Of a DNA stretch of 64,000 bases, positions 1-11,790 are shown in pieces (position 1 is the stretch's first letter; each line of letters opens with the position of its first letter). A model generated the notes under the pieces. The model saw only the letters and a list, made by a program, of their open reading frames with translations. It did not search any database and was not told the origin of the DNA. The stretch spans positions 2,592,001-2,656,000 of the forward strand of contig OZ001293.3 of the NCBI GenBank assembly GCA_963921275.4. Reading direction: 5' to 3'. The position numbers and the translations under genes are program-made. This DNA comes from an uncultured Hormoscilla sp. (GTDB lineage Bacteria > Cyanobacteriota > Cyanobacteriia > Cyanobacteriales > Desertifilaceae).

Positions 1-81
1 AAGGATCTACGACTTGGAGCCAGATCGCTATGATCCTTTAGTATGGTATCATTCTGGAAATTAAAACAAGGATTAAATGTA

Positions 82-1026
82 ATGACTCAAATTAAGATTC
101 GCTTGCTTAAAGAACAGGAATTGCCAGAAGCAAATAAAATATTTCGATTAGCTTTTGGCACATTTATCGGTCTGCCAGACCCCATGTAATTTTCTGGTGA
201 TACTAACCTATGTGATGCGTTGGTATGCCTATCCTGAAGCTGCTTTGGCCGTCGAAATAGAAGGTAAATTAGTCGGTTCCAATTTTCTATCTAAATGGGG
301 CAGCTTTGGAACCTTTGGCCCTTTATCAGTGCATCCAGACTTTTGGGATCGAGGAGTAGGTAAGAAACTGATGGCAGCGACAATGGCATGCTTCCAAAAT
401 TGGCAAACTCAACAGATTTGTTTATTTACTTTTGCCAATAGTTTTAAGCATTTATGTTTCTATCAAAAATTTGGATTTGCCCCCCGCTTTCTGACTGCTA
501 TCTGCTCGAAGTCTGTTACAGATATGCAAGATGAATTAGAAAGTATTAGGTACTCACAAATTTTCCAAGAACAGCAAGGAGAATATTTACAAGCGACGCG
601 GGAATTAACTAATAGTCTTTATCCAGGACTAGACTTGCAGGGAAAAATATTAGCGGTAAAAAATCAAAGATTAGGAGATACTCTATTTCTTTGGGAAGAT
701 GGGAGCTTAACAGAATTTGCTGTCTGTCATTATGATGCCGGTTCAGAAGCAGGCAGCGATACTTGTTATATTAAGTTTGGCGCAGTTATTGCTGGGAAAA
801 ATAGCAGCGCTCATCGCTTGGCAAAATTATTGAAGGAATGTGAAATATTTAGCCAGATTATTGGGATGTCTAAACTGATAGCTGGAGTCAATACCAGTCG
901 TCAGCAAGCTACCTGCAAATGCTAAATCTAGGGTTTAAGATTGACATATTAGGAATAGCAATGCACAATCCCAATGAACCAGGTTATAACTGTCCCGATA
1001 TTTATGTTATCGATGATTTTCGGTAG
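82..1026 (+). pseudogene. GNAT-family N-acetyltransferase, disrupted
   Basis: ATG at 82 (MTQIKIRLLKEQEL..) hits a stop near 187. The body is in ORF 155-925 with an acetyl-CoA motif (SVHPDFWDRGVGKKLM). The C-terminus continues in another frame to TAG at 1026. Confidence 0.75.
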
Positions 1027-1058
1027 ACAAATTCAATTTTATTCATTTAATACATATC

Positions 1059-3024
1059 TCAAGCAAAGGCTGTATAAACTCTTCTTTCTCCAGTAAAAGG
1101 AAGTCTACCATGCCCCATGCGATAATTATCTAGAATTAGTATATCTCCCTCTTGCCAGTTAAATCGTTCTGCGTTTTGCCAATAACTTTTGACAATATGA
1201 TATACATCCCAAAATGCTAAATTAGCACGATCCTCAAAAGCTACATCCATATATCGATATTTGCGATAACCGGGAATTAGGGTGTGTCATCAATCAAATT
1301 GCTTGACAGAAGTAGATGGATACGGTATGGAGTCCTTATCCAGCAATAACAATCAAGAGGGCATGATATGAGACGCTATGGCTTGCGAGACGACCAGTGG
1401 GAACGGATCGAACACCTTTTACCTGGTAAAGAGGGTGACCCAGGCGCTACAGCCAAGAACAATAGATTATTCGTGTTCTGCCGTGTTATATCGATATCGT
1501 GCTGGCATTCCCTGGCGGGATTTACCGGAGTGTTTTGGGGATTTTCGGGTTGTTCATACCCGCCATACCCGTTGGTCTGAAAAGGGAGTTTGGAAGCAGG
1601 TATTCGATGTCTTGGCCTCAGACGCCGATAACGAATACGCCGCGATTGATGCCACCATCCTGCGTGCCCATCAACGAGCGTGCGGGTGCAAAAAAAAACA
1701 CCCTCAGATACGTGCGAAACCCAAGCCATAGGCCGTAGTAAAGGGGGACTATCGACAAAGATTCATGCCACTTGCGATTGCCCAAGGCAATCCCACAGGA
1801 TTTCATCTTACCCCTGGCCAAGCCCACGACGGGAAAGGCGCTGACGTGCTATTGGATAAAATCGGTGAGATTGGCGCGCTGCTTGCAGATAAAGCCTATG
1901 ATGCGGAACAACGTGTGCTCGAGCGCCTGAAAGAGGCGGATTGGATGGCTGTCATTCCTCCAAAAAGTAACCGCACAGAACACAGAGAAGACGATGAAGA
2001 AATGTACAAGTGGCGGCATCTAATTGAAAATCTATTCCAAAAACTCAAGCAATACAGGGCTCTGGCGACACGCTACGATAAAACGGCTCGCAATTTCTTG
2101 GGTGCCATCTACCTCGCGGCAGCTGTAATATGGCTTAATTGATGACACTCCCTAGTTTTTCCCGATAAATTTGCACAAATGTCAGTAAGAATAAGATAAA
2201 AAATACTAACAAACTCCTGAATTTCCTTTGATACTTAGCAACAAACCACGCCTCAATACAAATACCCCAGATGTGAAACACAGGGAGCCGTCCTGTCCAG
2301 ACAATTTCCTTGGCGATCGGATGAGAGTTAATTGTCGGCATCGGACAAGAAACAATTAATTCACCGTTAGTAAGCTACTCGATCTGTCGCCCGACATCAC
2401 GACATTTTGCCTCTATTAAATCCCGATCATCAGTATTGAATACATCTGGCCAAGATTTAGCATAACGAAACCAAGGCCACTTCCATAATCTCACGTCAAA
2501 TAATCTTTTCTGTGTACTTAAAAGTTTTGTGACCAAACGGCGGTGAAAACACTTCTGCTGTAACTGTTCCGGTAAATCTGATAAAACTGATTTCATTCAT
2601 ATTAATGACAGGAGTTTCACCATCGCTGGCAGCAACTTGAGGGCAAAAAAACAATATATAAGCAGGTTTATCTAATGGGGAGTAAGATAATTCTGTATGA
2701 CTCAGGAATTGGCACATAACTTGGTAATTCAGAAGCATTCCAGATATATTCAGTAACCTTTTGACGGGGTGCCCCACCTGGATATTGATTTTGCAGATTC
2801 GGGAAAATACTTAATCCCACTTGTTGAAATTGCTTGGGAGTTTTCACTTCATATCCTCGAATAGCGATCGCCCCATGATTGGTTATAGTCTCCTTGAGTT
2901 CGTGTTGATGATTGTTGAGATAATCAAGTAGGGACTGCAAATCTGTAGCATTTTGTTTAGCCGTTATTATGGGAAGGCTTTTTGTCAATTGTCGATCTTG
3001 TCGATCGTCTTGATTAGGCTTCAT
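1059..3024 (-). pseudogene. TauD/TfdA-family (SyrP-like) 2OG-Fe(II) dioxygenase, frameshifted and IS-interrupted
   Basis: Fragments HGAIAIRG, HTELSY..PAYILFFC..GETP and WQEGDILILDNYRMGHGRLPFTGERRV lie in different frames (ORFs 2668-3075, 2496-2777, 2375-2596, 1059-1250). An IS sits at 1280-2152. Confidence 0.8.
1280..2152 (+). mobile_element. IS5-family (IS427-group-like) insertion sequence, 873 bp, copy 1
   Basis: TIRs GGGTGTGTCATCAAT / ATTGATGACACTCCC flanked by TA on both sides. orfA has [17 protein letters not shown], orfB has ADKAYD..IENLFQKLKQYRALATRYDK, with an A9 run at the orfA/orfB junction. Confidence 0.92.
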
Positions 3025-5240
3025 TTTTGTTAACCTCCTTATTATCAACTCTTGTGGAAGTGAAAAGTTGAGCAATTAAATAAACTGCCATTCCCGCCGC
3101 CATACCGGGAAGCGTTTCGTTAACCCCATCGGACAGCTTCAATTCTATCCAGGTCAAAGCTGTACCGATGCCCACTAGCATCATGGCGATCGCCACGGGC
3201 GCACTTACGTTTTTCTGCCAAACCCGCAGGACCAATAACGGACCCAGACCAGATGCTAGGGCCGACCAGGAGAAAATTACCAACGCAAATATGTTGTCTG
3301 GAGCCAATATGGCGATCGCCACAACCAGTATTGTCACTAACAGAGTCCATAGCTTTGCCAGAGTATAAGAATTGACAGCGGCAGAAAAAATATCTCGACC
3401 CAGGGTAGCAGAACAAGAGAGAATCTGAGAGTCAGCAGTGAAAATGTGCGATGAGTTCTAGCCTAACGTAGTCAAACACGGAACGCTAGCCTAGGAAACT
3501 AGGAACTCTGATATTCATGGGGGTTCAATTCCTCTCCCCCAGGTACGGGGGTGACACCGGTCCTCAGTGCTGCGGAGCAACATCACCGTGGTGCCAAGCG
3601 AGGACTTAAATGTAGGATAGCTGGCAGCCTAAGCCGGTGACGCCGCTAGGAAAGATGGCCAAGGTTAGAGCAAGCGAACCCATGCAAGCCTCGTAAAGCT
3701 AAACCAGCGAAATAAGGCTTTATGCGCTGGCCCAAAAGGGGAAGTAGTTAGTATTGGTTATATTTTCTGGCCAATATCGTATTCAAAGAACTACCGGGGT
3801 ATAGTGGGGACCTAAAGTCATCGTGAAATGGTATCAGGGAACGAAGTAACCCCTCGTGTGCTGTCCATCGGGACAAGTCAGATGTGGAGCGAATGCCACG
3901 GGTGGGAAAGATGGCCCGAGAAGCTAATGCCTGGAGTAATGTCCACGGATAGGGATACGGATACGTATCCGCAGACGCGGGTCGGTGATAGTTGGAAACC
4001 TTCGGTAAAAGTAACCTTAAATACGCAGCGGTACTGAGTCCGGCGCTAGCTGGGCGACAGTTTGGATAAGTCCTCTGGACAAAGGGGTGAAGTAGCAGGA
4101 GGCAAGGGATAACAGGAGCAATCCTCAGTAAACCTACCCGTGACAAGGGCCAACTACCCAGTAGCCGTGTGCGGCTCCAGTCGCATGCACGGTTCCTCAA
4201 GGGAGGGTTGGGGAGCGATTCCCAGCGAGACCCCTAATAGTTCCCGCAAACAGTCCTGCCAACATCACTCCCACCAAGCCAACTGGTAATAATTCTAGTG
4301 CTAAATAGGGCAGGGTCAATTCCGGACCCCCTCCACTCATCAACTCTGGCATCAAGACTCTGCCTGTCAGTCCGATCGTCGTCGCCGTCAAGGAATTAAC
4401 CAGAAAGCAGATGCTTCTCACGTTGTTAGCCAAATCCATGTTATCTTCAGAATCGATCGCCATTGCCCGCACCATAATGTGAGGTTGACCGACTACGCCC
4501 AAACCGCTAACCAACCACCCGATCGCAAAAGGCAATACACCCCAGGCTAGATTTGGTGGATTCAAACTGACCAATGCCGGGTCAATAACGCCAAGTTTTC
4601 GACTCAATTCCATCACGCCACCGCAACTAGCAACCGCCACCACTGACAGCAGCAGTAAGGAACCAACCATCAAGATACCCTGGGCCGCATCGGTCCAGAT
4701 GGAGGCGCGGATACCCCCAGAAAAACAGTAGATGATAACGATGAAGGCTCCCAGTACGATACCAAAATAATAGTTCCAACCAAAGATCGCATTCAGGGCC
4801 TTGCTGCCAGCTACCAGTTGGGCGGCGGCATAAGCACCCAGAAACGCTATAGTAATTATCCCCGAGAGTGCGGCGATCGCCCGACCTGATTTTGCGGCCA
4901 GGAAAGAGGAGAAAGTCTCCGCATCCCTTTGGGCAGATATTTTTCTTAACCGCTTGCCCACCAACCACCAAGAGATATGCTGTCCCACCGTCGCGCTAAC
5001 AATACACCATATAGAAGCCAATACTAGTTTGTAGCTAAAACCGACCACACCTGCAAATAGAAAGCCACTCTGAGTGGTTGCCATCGCCGATAGCCTCGTC
5101 AGCCAGGGATTTACATTTCTGCTAGCTAGCAGGTAATCTGTAGTGGTCTTTTGCTTGCGCAACAGCGCCAATGTTCCCACCAATACAAATAATAGGAGAA
5201 AGGCGACGAAAGTAACCGCAATAGATGTTCTATCGTTCAT
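3014..5240 (-). pseudogene. Sodium:solute (PutP-like) symporter interrupted by an antisense group II intron
   Basis: Joining 5240-4239 to 3445-3014 gives 1434 nt in frame (..LFAGT|IFTADSQIL..), matching the paralog's LFAATISTADSQIL. The intron is on the opposite strand. Confidence 0.85.
3446..4238 (+). mobile_element. ORF-less group II intron, diverged sister type (793 nt)
   Basis: 5' end GTGCG. Domain V AGCCGTGTGCGGCTCCAGTCGCATGCACGGTTC. Domain VI ends ...GAGACCCCTAAT. EBS1 ATTTTC (3762-3767) pairs with the 5' flank GAAAAT. No RT ORF. Confidence 0.9.
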
Positions 5241-5346
5241 CGGGGATGTTTTATTTGGTTTTCATTGACGGACTTCGCTCACCTGTGATTATACGGTGAA
5301 GATAATTTTACCAAGCTAGCCAACAGGCAATTTATTTTCCATCTGT

Positions 5347-6283
5347 TTACACATTGATAGCCGACTTACTCGATAAAGCAAGATAAGCCCCGAGCAAAAT
5401 TACTACAAAACTCACCAAAGTAGAGCCGCCGATGGTTTCCGAGAAAATTGCCCAAGCTTCCAAGGAGCTAAGGACGGGAACCAGCAGACTGCATAAGGAG
5501 GTTAATCCTGAAGATAATCGCTTGAGGCTATAAGCAAAAAGTCCCAGACCTAGCACTTGGCAGATCAAGGCTAGACCCATTACCGAAACCCACCCACTTA
5601 GGGAATAGGGAAAAAGCATATCTTCGGTGAAGATAACAACGGGTAAAACCAACACCGAAGCGATCGCAGAAACCCAAGTTATAATAATTATATAGTTCTC
5701 TTTAGTTCGCAGTTTTTCTACCAACGTATAAAGCAAAAAACAATGCTGATAGTAATGCTGCTAGATCGCCTGTAATCTTGTCACTGGCGGATTCAAAATC
5801 GTTTACTACTAGGAGACCAGCGCCAGCTATTGCTATAACCATGCCGAGAATAAATCTCTTGTCAAAGCGCCTAACCACCCCCCTAAGATGACGAACGTCA
5901 AATAATGCATGAAGGTAGAGTTGGCAACGCTAGTTTTAATTAGGGACCATGCCCACAGTATGAGAGCTACAGATATAACAATTCCTGCTGCTAGCAATAG
6001 CCCCAGTGGCTCAATGCTGTAGGGCTGCGGTTTGATTGGTTGCTTGTCAAAAAGTCGCCCTCGAACGACCAATACTCCATTCCACAATCCCAAGGTGACA
6101 GTAGCCACCCAAAAGCGATTAAAGATGGTAGCATTGGGAACTAGTTCCCCTTCGCTTAAGCTGATAAAAATGGGGGCGAAAGATATGGCTATTACGCCGA
6201 CCCCTAATGCCGCGATCGCCCACATAGTTTCTGTATCGATTTGCTGTTGCACGTACTAATTTAATTCGTAGGGTTGCGAACAT
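5347..6283 (-). pseudogene. EamA/DMT-family transporter, frameshifted paralog of 9556-10506
   Basis: Fragments 5833-6252 and 5347-5736 align to the intact paralog (NATIFNRFW, WAWSL..TSVANST, LVPVLS.LEAWAIFSE). Confidence 0.85.
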
Positions 6284-6370
6284 TGATTATCTCCAGTGAC
6301 TGATACAGATCCCTTGACAATTGCTTTATTATCTTCAGAAGATTTGTCATCTCTGATAAAAATCTGCTTT

Positions 6371-8285
6371 TCACAGATTGGTATACTTAAACTTAGAGCC
6401 ACAAGCTACAGGAATCCGTCTCGCTGCCCCACGCCATAACTCCAATGCCACATCGGACAAATTTTGACCATCCGCCTGGAGCATCCGCGAGATCATGCTA
6501 ATATTGCCAAAAGACCAAAACAAGCCCGCCTCCAGCAGATACGGCTCGTTGGTTTCGGCATGCACTCTGAAGTCATACAGGGAGTAATCGCGACCGCCCA
6601 AAGCTATATGTGCCCGCTTGGCTGCATCAGAGATTTTCTCCCATAAAGAAGGCGTGACATTCCCCGGACAGACGGGTTTCACTGCTGGCTTGTCAGGTTG
6701 TTTCCTGGGCAGTCCGTCCCCTTGCAGGTCATACTTATCACGTACAGTTCTAATGGGATTGTCCTTGGTGACTAAATACTCGATCGTCGGCAGCACCCAT
6801 AACTTCCCCTCACGTTCGACTACCCCCACGCGCAGTTCCCGTCCGGGGATGTAATCTTCTACCAACAAGGTCTCGTCATGTTCAAACCCCACCCGCAATG
6901 CTTCAACTATTTGATCTTCTTCCCAAACCAAAGTCAAGCCCAAAGAATTATCTTCCGAGTTCGGCTTCACCATAAATGGGGGCTGCATGGTCACGGTATC
7001 CCCCTGGCGCACAACTTGGGCCTTGGCCACCGGGACACCAGATGCTGACACGACGCTTCTGGTTTGAGCTTTGTTAGTTGCCAGGGCAGTACAACTAGGT
7101 GGCGACCCCACTACTGGTAGCCCGAGGATGTCCTCGAAGAATCCACGGAAACTAATCATCCCTGGGACACAGAACATATGCGGCACTACTACATCCACCT
7201 CCGGTAGCCCCGCGATCGCCTCTTGGAGGGGCATCTTCTCTGATGGATGGGGTCGAGCCGGGAATCGCTTCCCGACCCTCCCTTGAGGAACCGGACTTGC
7301 GATTTTCACCGCATCCGGCTACTGGGTACTAGGCCCTTTTCATAGGTAGACTTAATAGGAATTACTTCCGTTAGCCCTTGCCGCCTGTCTTTTCTTCCCT
7401 TTCCTGGTTTAGCGAGTGGTTGTTCTGATAACCGTTAGTATCACCATTTTCAAGTCAGTTTTACCAGTTATCCATACCTTATCCTCCACTTGCGTTTCGG
7501 ATTAGTTCCGTGGCTTTTTAGGATTACTCATTCCAGCAGCTTCCTAGTATCACCGACCCACGTCAGCGCTGGCTACCCAGCATCATCTACATTACTGTAG
7601 ATGTTATCCCAGGAATTACCCCGGGCATTCGCTTCTTGGGCCATCCCTCCCCCCGTGGCTTGCGCTTAACATCTAACTTGTCCTGATGGACAGCACACGA
7701 GAGGTTACTTCGTTCCCTAACAACATTTCGCGATACCTTTAGGTCCACACTATACCCCGGGAGCTATTTGAGTACTATATTAGCCAGAGTCTAAAACTAA
7801 TACTAGCTACCATTTCCTTTTTAGGCCAGCGCATATAGCCTTATTTCGCTGGTTCCTTATAACGAGGCTTGCACATGTTTGCCTGCTCTAACCTTGGATA
7901 TCTTTCCTAGCGGCGTCACCGGCTTAGGCTGCCAGTTATCCTACATTTGAGTCCTCGCTTAGCACCACGATGATGTCGCTTCGTAGCACCGAGGACCGGT
8001 GTCACCCCCGTACCTGGGGGGAGGGGAATTTAACCCCCATGCGGTCAGAGTTCCCGGCTAATGAAACCGGGCTAGCGTTCCGTGTTTGACCACGTTAGGC
8101 TAGAACGAATCGCACAGACTGTCTAAGGATGCACCTAGCTGCCAAAGACCATCCGGGTGTACCACGGCGTAGTAGCTACTGACACCAATTGGTTGCACTA
8201 CTTCCCTTGCGTAGATTACCGACAGGTTGTAGTAGAAGTCGGATACGCGAGAACCTGCTAGGTGCAAAACTCGCAAGCAAGGCAT
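6371..8285 (-). CDS. mysD: D-Ala-D-Ala ligase-like MAA ligase, copy 1; exons 8285-8116 and 7244-6371, 347 aa if spliced
   Basis: Exon 1 MPCLRVLHLAGS..LDS joins exon 2 SEKMPLQEAI..VVPHMFCVPGM..KPNSEDNSLG..YSLYDFRV..EAGL. Total 1044 nt in frame. Lies in a mysABC context. Confidence 0.85.
7245..8115 (-). mobile_element. ORF-less group II intron, main family, copy 1 (871 nt), in mysD1
   Basis: 5' end GTGCGATTCGTTCTAG. Domain V AGCCGGATGCGGTGAAAATCGCAAGTCCGGTTC. Domain VI ends ...CTCGACCCCATCC. Confidence 0.93.
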
Positions 8286-8342
8286 TGTGTCTGATATCAT
8301 CACCAATTTTTCTGTTGTACTTGAGTTTGCTCACATATCATA

Positions 8343-8423
8343 TTAAGGGAAGATGTTTGTTTATCTTTGCTGAAAAGCATTGCCACTCCATCAACAATCA
8401 TATTAGCAGCCATGACAGGAAGC
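8343..8423 (-). pseudogene. Short relic of a sodium:solute symporter 3' end
   Basis: TTTGTTTATCTTTGCTGAAAA..ACAATCATA closely resembles 13772-13850, the end of the symporter that precedes mysD2. Confidence 0.6.
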
Positions 8424-8498
8424 AGAACCCACCTGCGGTGAAACCCTTGCCTGGCAATTATTTTTATCTGTACGCGACCAGAAAAATTTCACGCTACT

Positions 8499-9551
8499 CT
8501 AGGGTACCATACTAAATTCCATTGCCGACAGGTTAGTTTTCGTGTGAACCACCTTTTCTAGCTGAAAACCACTAGCCTTAAACAAATCCTTAAATTCTTG
8601 TTCCGTGCGCCAGTTGCCTCCCGGGTTGGCAACCATCAACTGCACTGCAAAAAGAGCTGGTATTGTCCCATCCGGACATTCTACTGGATCTCCTAAATCT
8701 GGCACTAAGGTTTGTAGAAGTAATATTTTCCCATCTTTGGGGAGAGCTTCTTTACACCGACTCAGAACTTTCAGAGCATTTTCTTTATCCCACAGGGAGA
8801 GGAAATGTTTCATGACGATCGCATCTGCCCCCTTTGGCAATTCACCAAACACATCTCCACCTACTACTTCCAATGCATCACTGGCAATTCCCTGGCTTGA
8901 CAAAAACTCCAGGGCCTTCTCTACCACGTGAGGCAGGTCAAACAATATGCCCTTGATGCCACATTTTTTGATAATCCTGGAGAGCAGTACCCCCAGACCA
9001 CCGCCAACATCCATGACTTTATTAAAGCAGCTAAAATCATATACTTCAAGTAATGAATCTGTCAGTTCTAAAGTAAAAGCCGTCAAAGCCTTATTGAACA
9101 GATCCTTCATCTCGGGGTTATCCTTAGTAAACTGGTAGACCGTCTTACCATTGACCCGTTCAAAAGGCACTTCCCCTGTGTGCAAACAATCTTCCAGTTC
9201 CTGCCATGGCTGCCACATGCTGGGGACAATAAAATGCATGCCAAAATGTCCTAGAGAAGGTCCCTCATCAGTAACCAGCAAAGCCGACATTTCCGTTTGG
9301 CCAAACACCCGTCCTGGTTTTTCCTCAAGCACTCCTAAATGAGCTAGAGCCCTGAGAATAACGTAGATAATTTCTACATTGGTAGCAGTTTTTTCAGCGA
9401 TCTTCTCCACCGGATGCGGTCCCGACTTTAACAGGTTAGGGATTCCCAATCGCGTGAGGATATAAACGCACATGCTCTGCTGGTAAGCGTAGAACATTCG
9501 GTACAGCTTCTTCTTCGACTCCATTGTGGTATCCCCTGATTTATTTTCCAT
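8499..9551 (-). CDS. SAM-dependent methyltransferase, COMT-like family 2 (O- or N-MT)
   Basis: N-terminal dimerisation region plus motifs VMDVGGGLG, FDLPHVV, GGDVF and DAIVMKHFL. 350 aa. Confidence 0.88.
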   Translation of the reverse strand: MENKSGDTTMESKKKLYRMFYAYQQSMCVYILTRLGIPNLLKSGPHPVEKIAEKTATNVEIIYVILRALAHLGVLEEKPGRVFGQTEMSALLVTDEGPSLGHFGMHFIVPSMWQPWQELEDCLHTGEVPFERVNGKTVYQFTKDNPEMKDLFNKALTAFTLELTDSLLEVYDFSCFNKVMDVGGGLGVLLSRIIKKCGIKGILFDLPHVVEKALEFLSSQGIASDALEVVGGDVFGELPKGADAIVMKHFLSLWDKENALKVLSRCKEALPKDGKILLLQTLVPDLGDPVECPDGTIPALFAVQLMVANPGGNWRTEQEFKDLFKASGFQLEKVVHTKTNLSAMEFSMVP

Positions 9552-9555
9552 ATGC

Positions 9556-10506
9556 TTACACCTTGATAGCAGATTTGCTCGATAAACCCAGATACGCCCC
9601 TAGCAATATTACCACAAAACTGAGTAAGGTAGCCCCCTTGATATTTTCTGAGAAAATTGCCCAAGCTTCCAGAGCGCTGAGGACTGGAACCAGCAGATCG
9701 CATAAGGAGACAAACCCTGAAGATAATTTATTGAGGCAATAGCTGTAAAGTCCCAGACCTATAGTTTGGCAGATTAGGGCTAGACAAATTACCGAAAGCC
9801 ACCCATTAATCGAATAGGGGAAAAGTCTCTCTTCGGTGAGCATAACGATCGGCAACAGTAAGATAGAGGCGATCGCCTCAGCCCAAGTCATAATAATTAT
9901 CGAGGTCAGTTCCCTGCGCAGTTCTTCTACCAGCAGGGTGTATAAGGAAAAAAACAATGCTGATAGTAATGCTGCTAGATCGCCAATAAGTTGGCCATTG
10001 GCCTCTGAGATATCGCTGACTCCCAGGATCCCAGCCCCTGCCATTGCGATCGCCATACCGAGAATAAATCTCTTGTCAAAGCGCCTACCCCAGATCCACC
10101 AGCCCCCGAGGACGACGAATAAAGGCATCAAATAATGCATCAGAGTAGAGTTGGCGACGCTGGTTTTGGTCAGAGACCATGCCCAGAGGATGAGACCAGC
10201 AGATAAAGCAATTCCTACTGCTAGCAATAGCCCTACTATTCTCATGCTGTAGAGCTGTGGTTTTATGGTATGGTTCTGTTCGGGACGTGCAGCCAAGAGG
10301 ATATTCCATAGCCCAAAGGCGACAGTGGCCAACCAGAAGCGATTAAAGATTGTGGCATTGGCACCGAGTTCCCCTTCACCTAAGCGGATAAAAATGGGTA
10401 CAAAAGATATGGCAATCATGCCCCCGACTAATGCGGCGATCGCCCACATAGTTTCTGTGGCTAAAAGCTGTTGCTGTGGTAATTTCAGTCGCAGGCTTGT
10501 GAACAT
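9556..10506 (-). CDS. EamA/DMT-family transporter
   Basis: 316 aa, about 10 hydrophobic segments, DMT-type motifs (TSVANSTL, GDLAALLSA, LVPVLS). Confidence 0.88.
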   Translation of the reverse strand: MFTSLRLKLPQQQLLATETMWAIAALVGGMIAISFVPIFIRLGEGELGANATIFNRFWLATVAFGLWNILLAARPEQNHTIKPQLYSMRIVGLLLAVGIALSAGLILWAWSLTKTSVANSTLMHYLMPLFVVLGGWWIWGRRFDKRFILGMAIAMAGAGILGVSDISEANGQLIGDLAALLSALFFSLYTLLVEELRRELTSIIIMTWAEAIASILLLPIVMLTEERLFPYSINGWLSVICLALICQTIGLGLYSYCLNKLSSGFVSLCDLLVPVLSALEAWAIFSENIKGATLLSFVVILLGAYLGLSSKSAIKV

Positions 10507-10637
10507 TGATTATCTCCAGTAACTTATACAGAGCTTTTGCCTATTATCTTCTCTGGTGGCAGTAAAAAGTTGGGTAATTAAATCAACTACCATCACCAGC
10601 AGTAACCATCACGATCGCCTGCTTGGATCGATCAAAA

Positions 10638-11774
10638 TTAACTATGGCTGTGGAGCAGCCAGTGTAATCCTAATTGAAAAAGATTGCTGAAGAGCACTAT
10701 CATCAACACGGTATACAGGGAGAATCTATCTTTCCCGATCGGAGAATCCTCTATCCCTGTGGGGGTAGACTGAGGCTGTCTTTGGGTGGAACTGGAGATT
10801 ACGGGTAGATCGGCTTTAGCAATTACGGAGGCTCGCTCCTCTTGCAGGCAGCAGACTTTGGTGGTGGAATAGTGAGACCAGCCCCGTTGCTCGGCTTCTT
10901 CATAGTCTTTGACTGTCAAGCTTAAATGGGGAACCTCGATGTTGCCCTGACTGGCCATAGCCAGAGCCAGCCGCAAATCTTTATGCAGCAATTTGACAGT
11001 AAAGGCAGGGCGTGCAGAGATGTCATCAAAGCGTCGTGAGAACCAATAGTTAGGCAGGCCGTGAATGTCCCCGGCGTTCTGACCAAACGAGCCGAAGTGC
11101 AGGGCATCCCAAATGGTTTGTAGCGGCAGTCCTTGGGCTAAACCCAAGGTAATTCCTTCACTCGCGGCTTGGACTGCGATCGCATTGACAGCATTGTGGA
11201 TGAGTTTGCATCGAGTTCCGCTGCTAATCTCTCCACAGTAGAGAACCCGATCGGCCATCAGTTGGAGGATGGGCTGGACTCGCTCGAAGGTTTCCTTCGA
11301 GCCGCTGGCCAGAACGGCTAAACCCATGCCCTTCTGGCTTTGGGCACCTACAGGGCAATCATTAAAGGGGGCATCTAACATCTCAACCCCTAGTTGATCC
11401 ATGGCTTGATGAAGTCTGAGTATTGTTTCTGGAGAGTTAGTGGTAATGTCTACATAGACACTGCCCGATCGCAATCCTTGAGAGAGGTTCTTTTCGCCAT
11501 CCAGCACGGCTGTTATCACGTCCGCTGGAGTAGGTAGGGCGGTAAAGATTACCTCCGCACAACTCGCAAGTTCGGCACAACTTTGGGTGATGCGGGCACC
11601 TATAGACTGCAACTGGACCATGGAATCTGGATTGATGTCATAGACATAGACCGAGTAGCCAAGGGCTAGAAAATTAGCGGCTTGTCGTCCTCCAATATTA
11701 CCGCAACCGACGATCCCAAGGGTGGGATAATTGAGGGGCGAATCAGTCTCTGAACTGTTGTTGCTTGGTGACAT
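10638..11774 (-). CDS. NAD(P)-dependent beta-hydroxyacid dehydrogenase-family oxidoreductase with a C-terminal hydrophobic tail
   Basis: Rossmann motif GIVGCGNIG, then MLDAPF, catalytic-region KLIHN and F.VKLLHKDL.LA. Ends with an extra hydrophobic tail (LYTVLMIVLFSNLFQLGLHWLL). Confidence 0.82.
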   Translation of the reverse strand: MSPSNNSSETDSPLNYPTLGIVGCGNIGGRQAANFLALGYSVYVYDINPDSMVQLQSIGARITQSCAELASCAEVIFTALPTPADVITAVLDGEKNLSQGLRSGSVYVDITTNSPETILRLHQAMDQLGVEMLDAPFNDCPVGAQSQKGMGLAVLASGSKETFERVQPILQLMADRVLYCGEISSGTRCKLIHNAVNAIAVQAASEGITLGLAQGLPLQTIWDALHFGSFGQNAGDIHGLPNYWFSRRFDDISARPAFTVKLLHKDLRLALAMASQGNIEVPHLSLTVKDYEEAEQRGWSHYSTTKVCCLQEERASVIAKADLPVISSSTQRQPQSTPTGIEDSPIGKDRFSLYTVLMIVLFSNLFQLGLHWLLHSHS

Positions 11775-11790
11775 ATTGAGAACTTATCAT

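Noticed and set aside
3748..4200. 150-aa and 69-aa ORFs inside the sister intron as an intron-encoded protein
   Set aside because: No RT or nuclease motifs, the longer one is antisense to the intron, and neither is conserved in the main family.
7245..7309. ORF-track N-terminus [22 protein letters not shown] on both mysD ORFs (also 12680-12744)
   Set aside because: It is intron domains V-VI read in frame, not protein. The true N-terminus is in the upstream exon.
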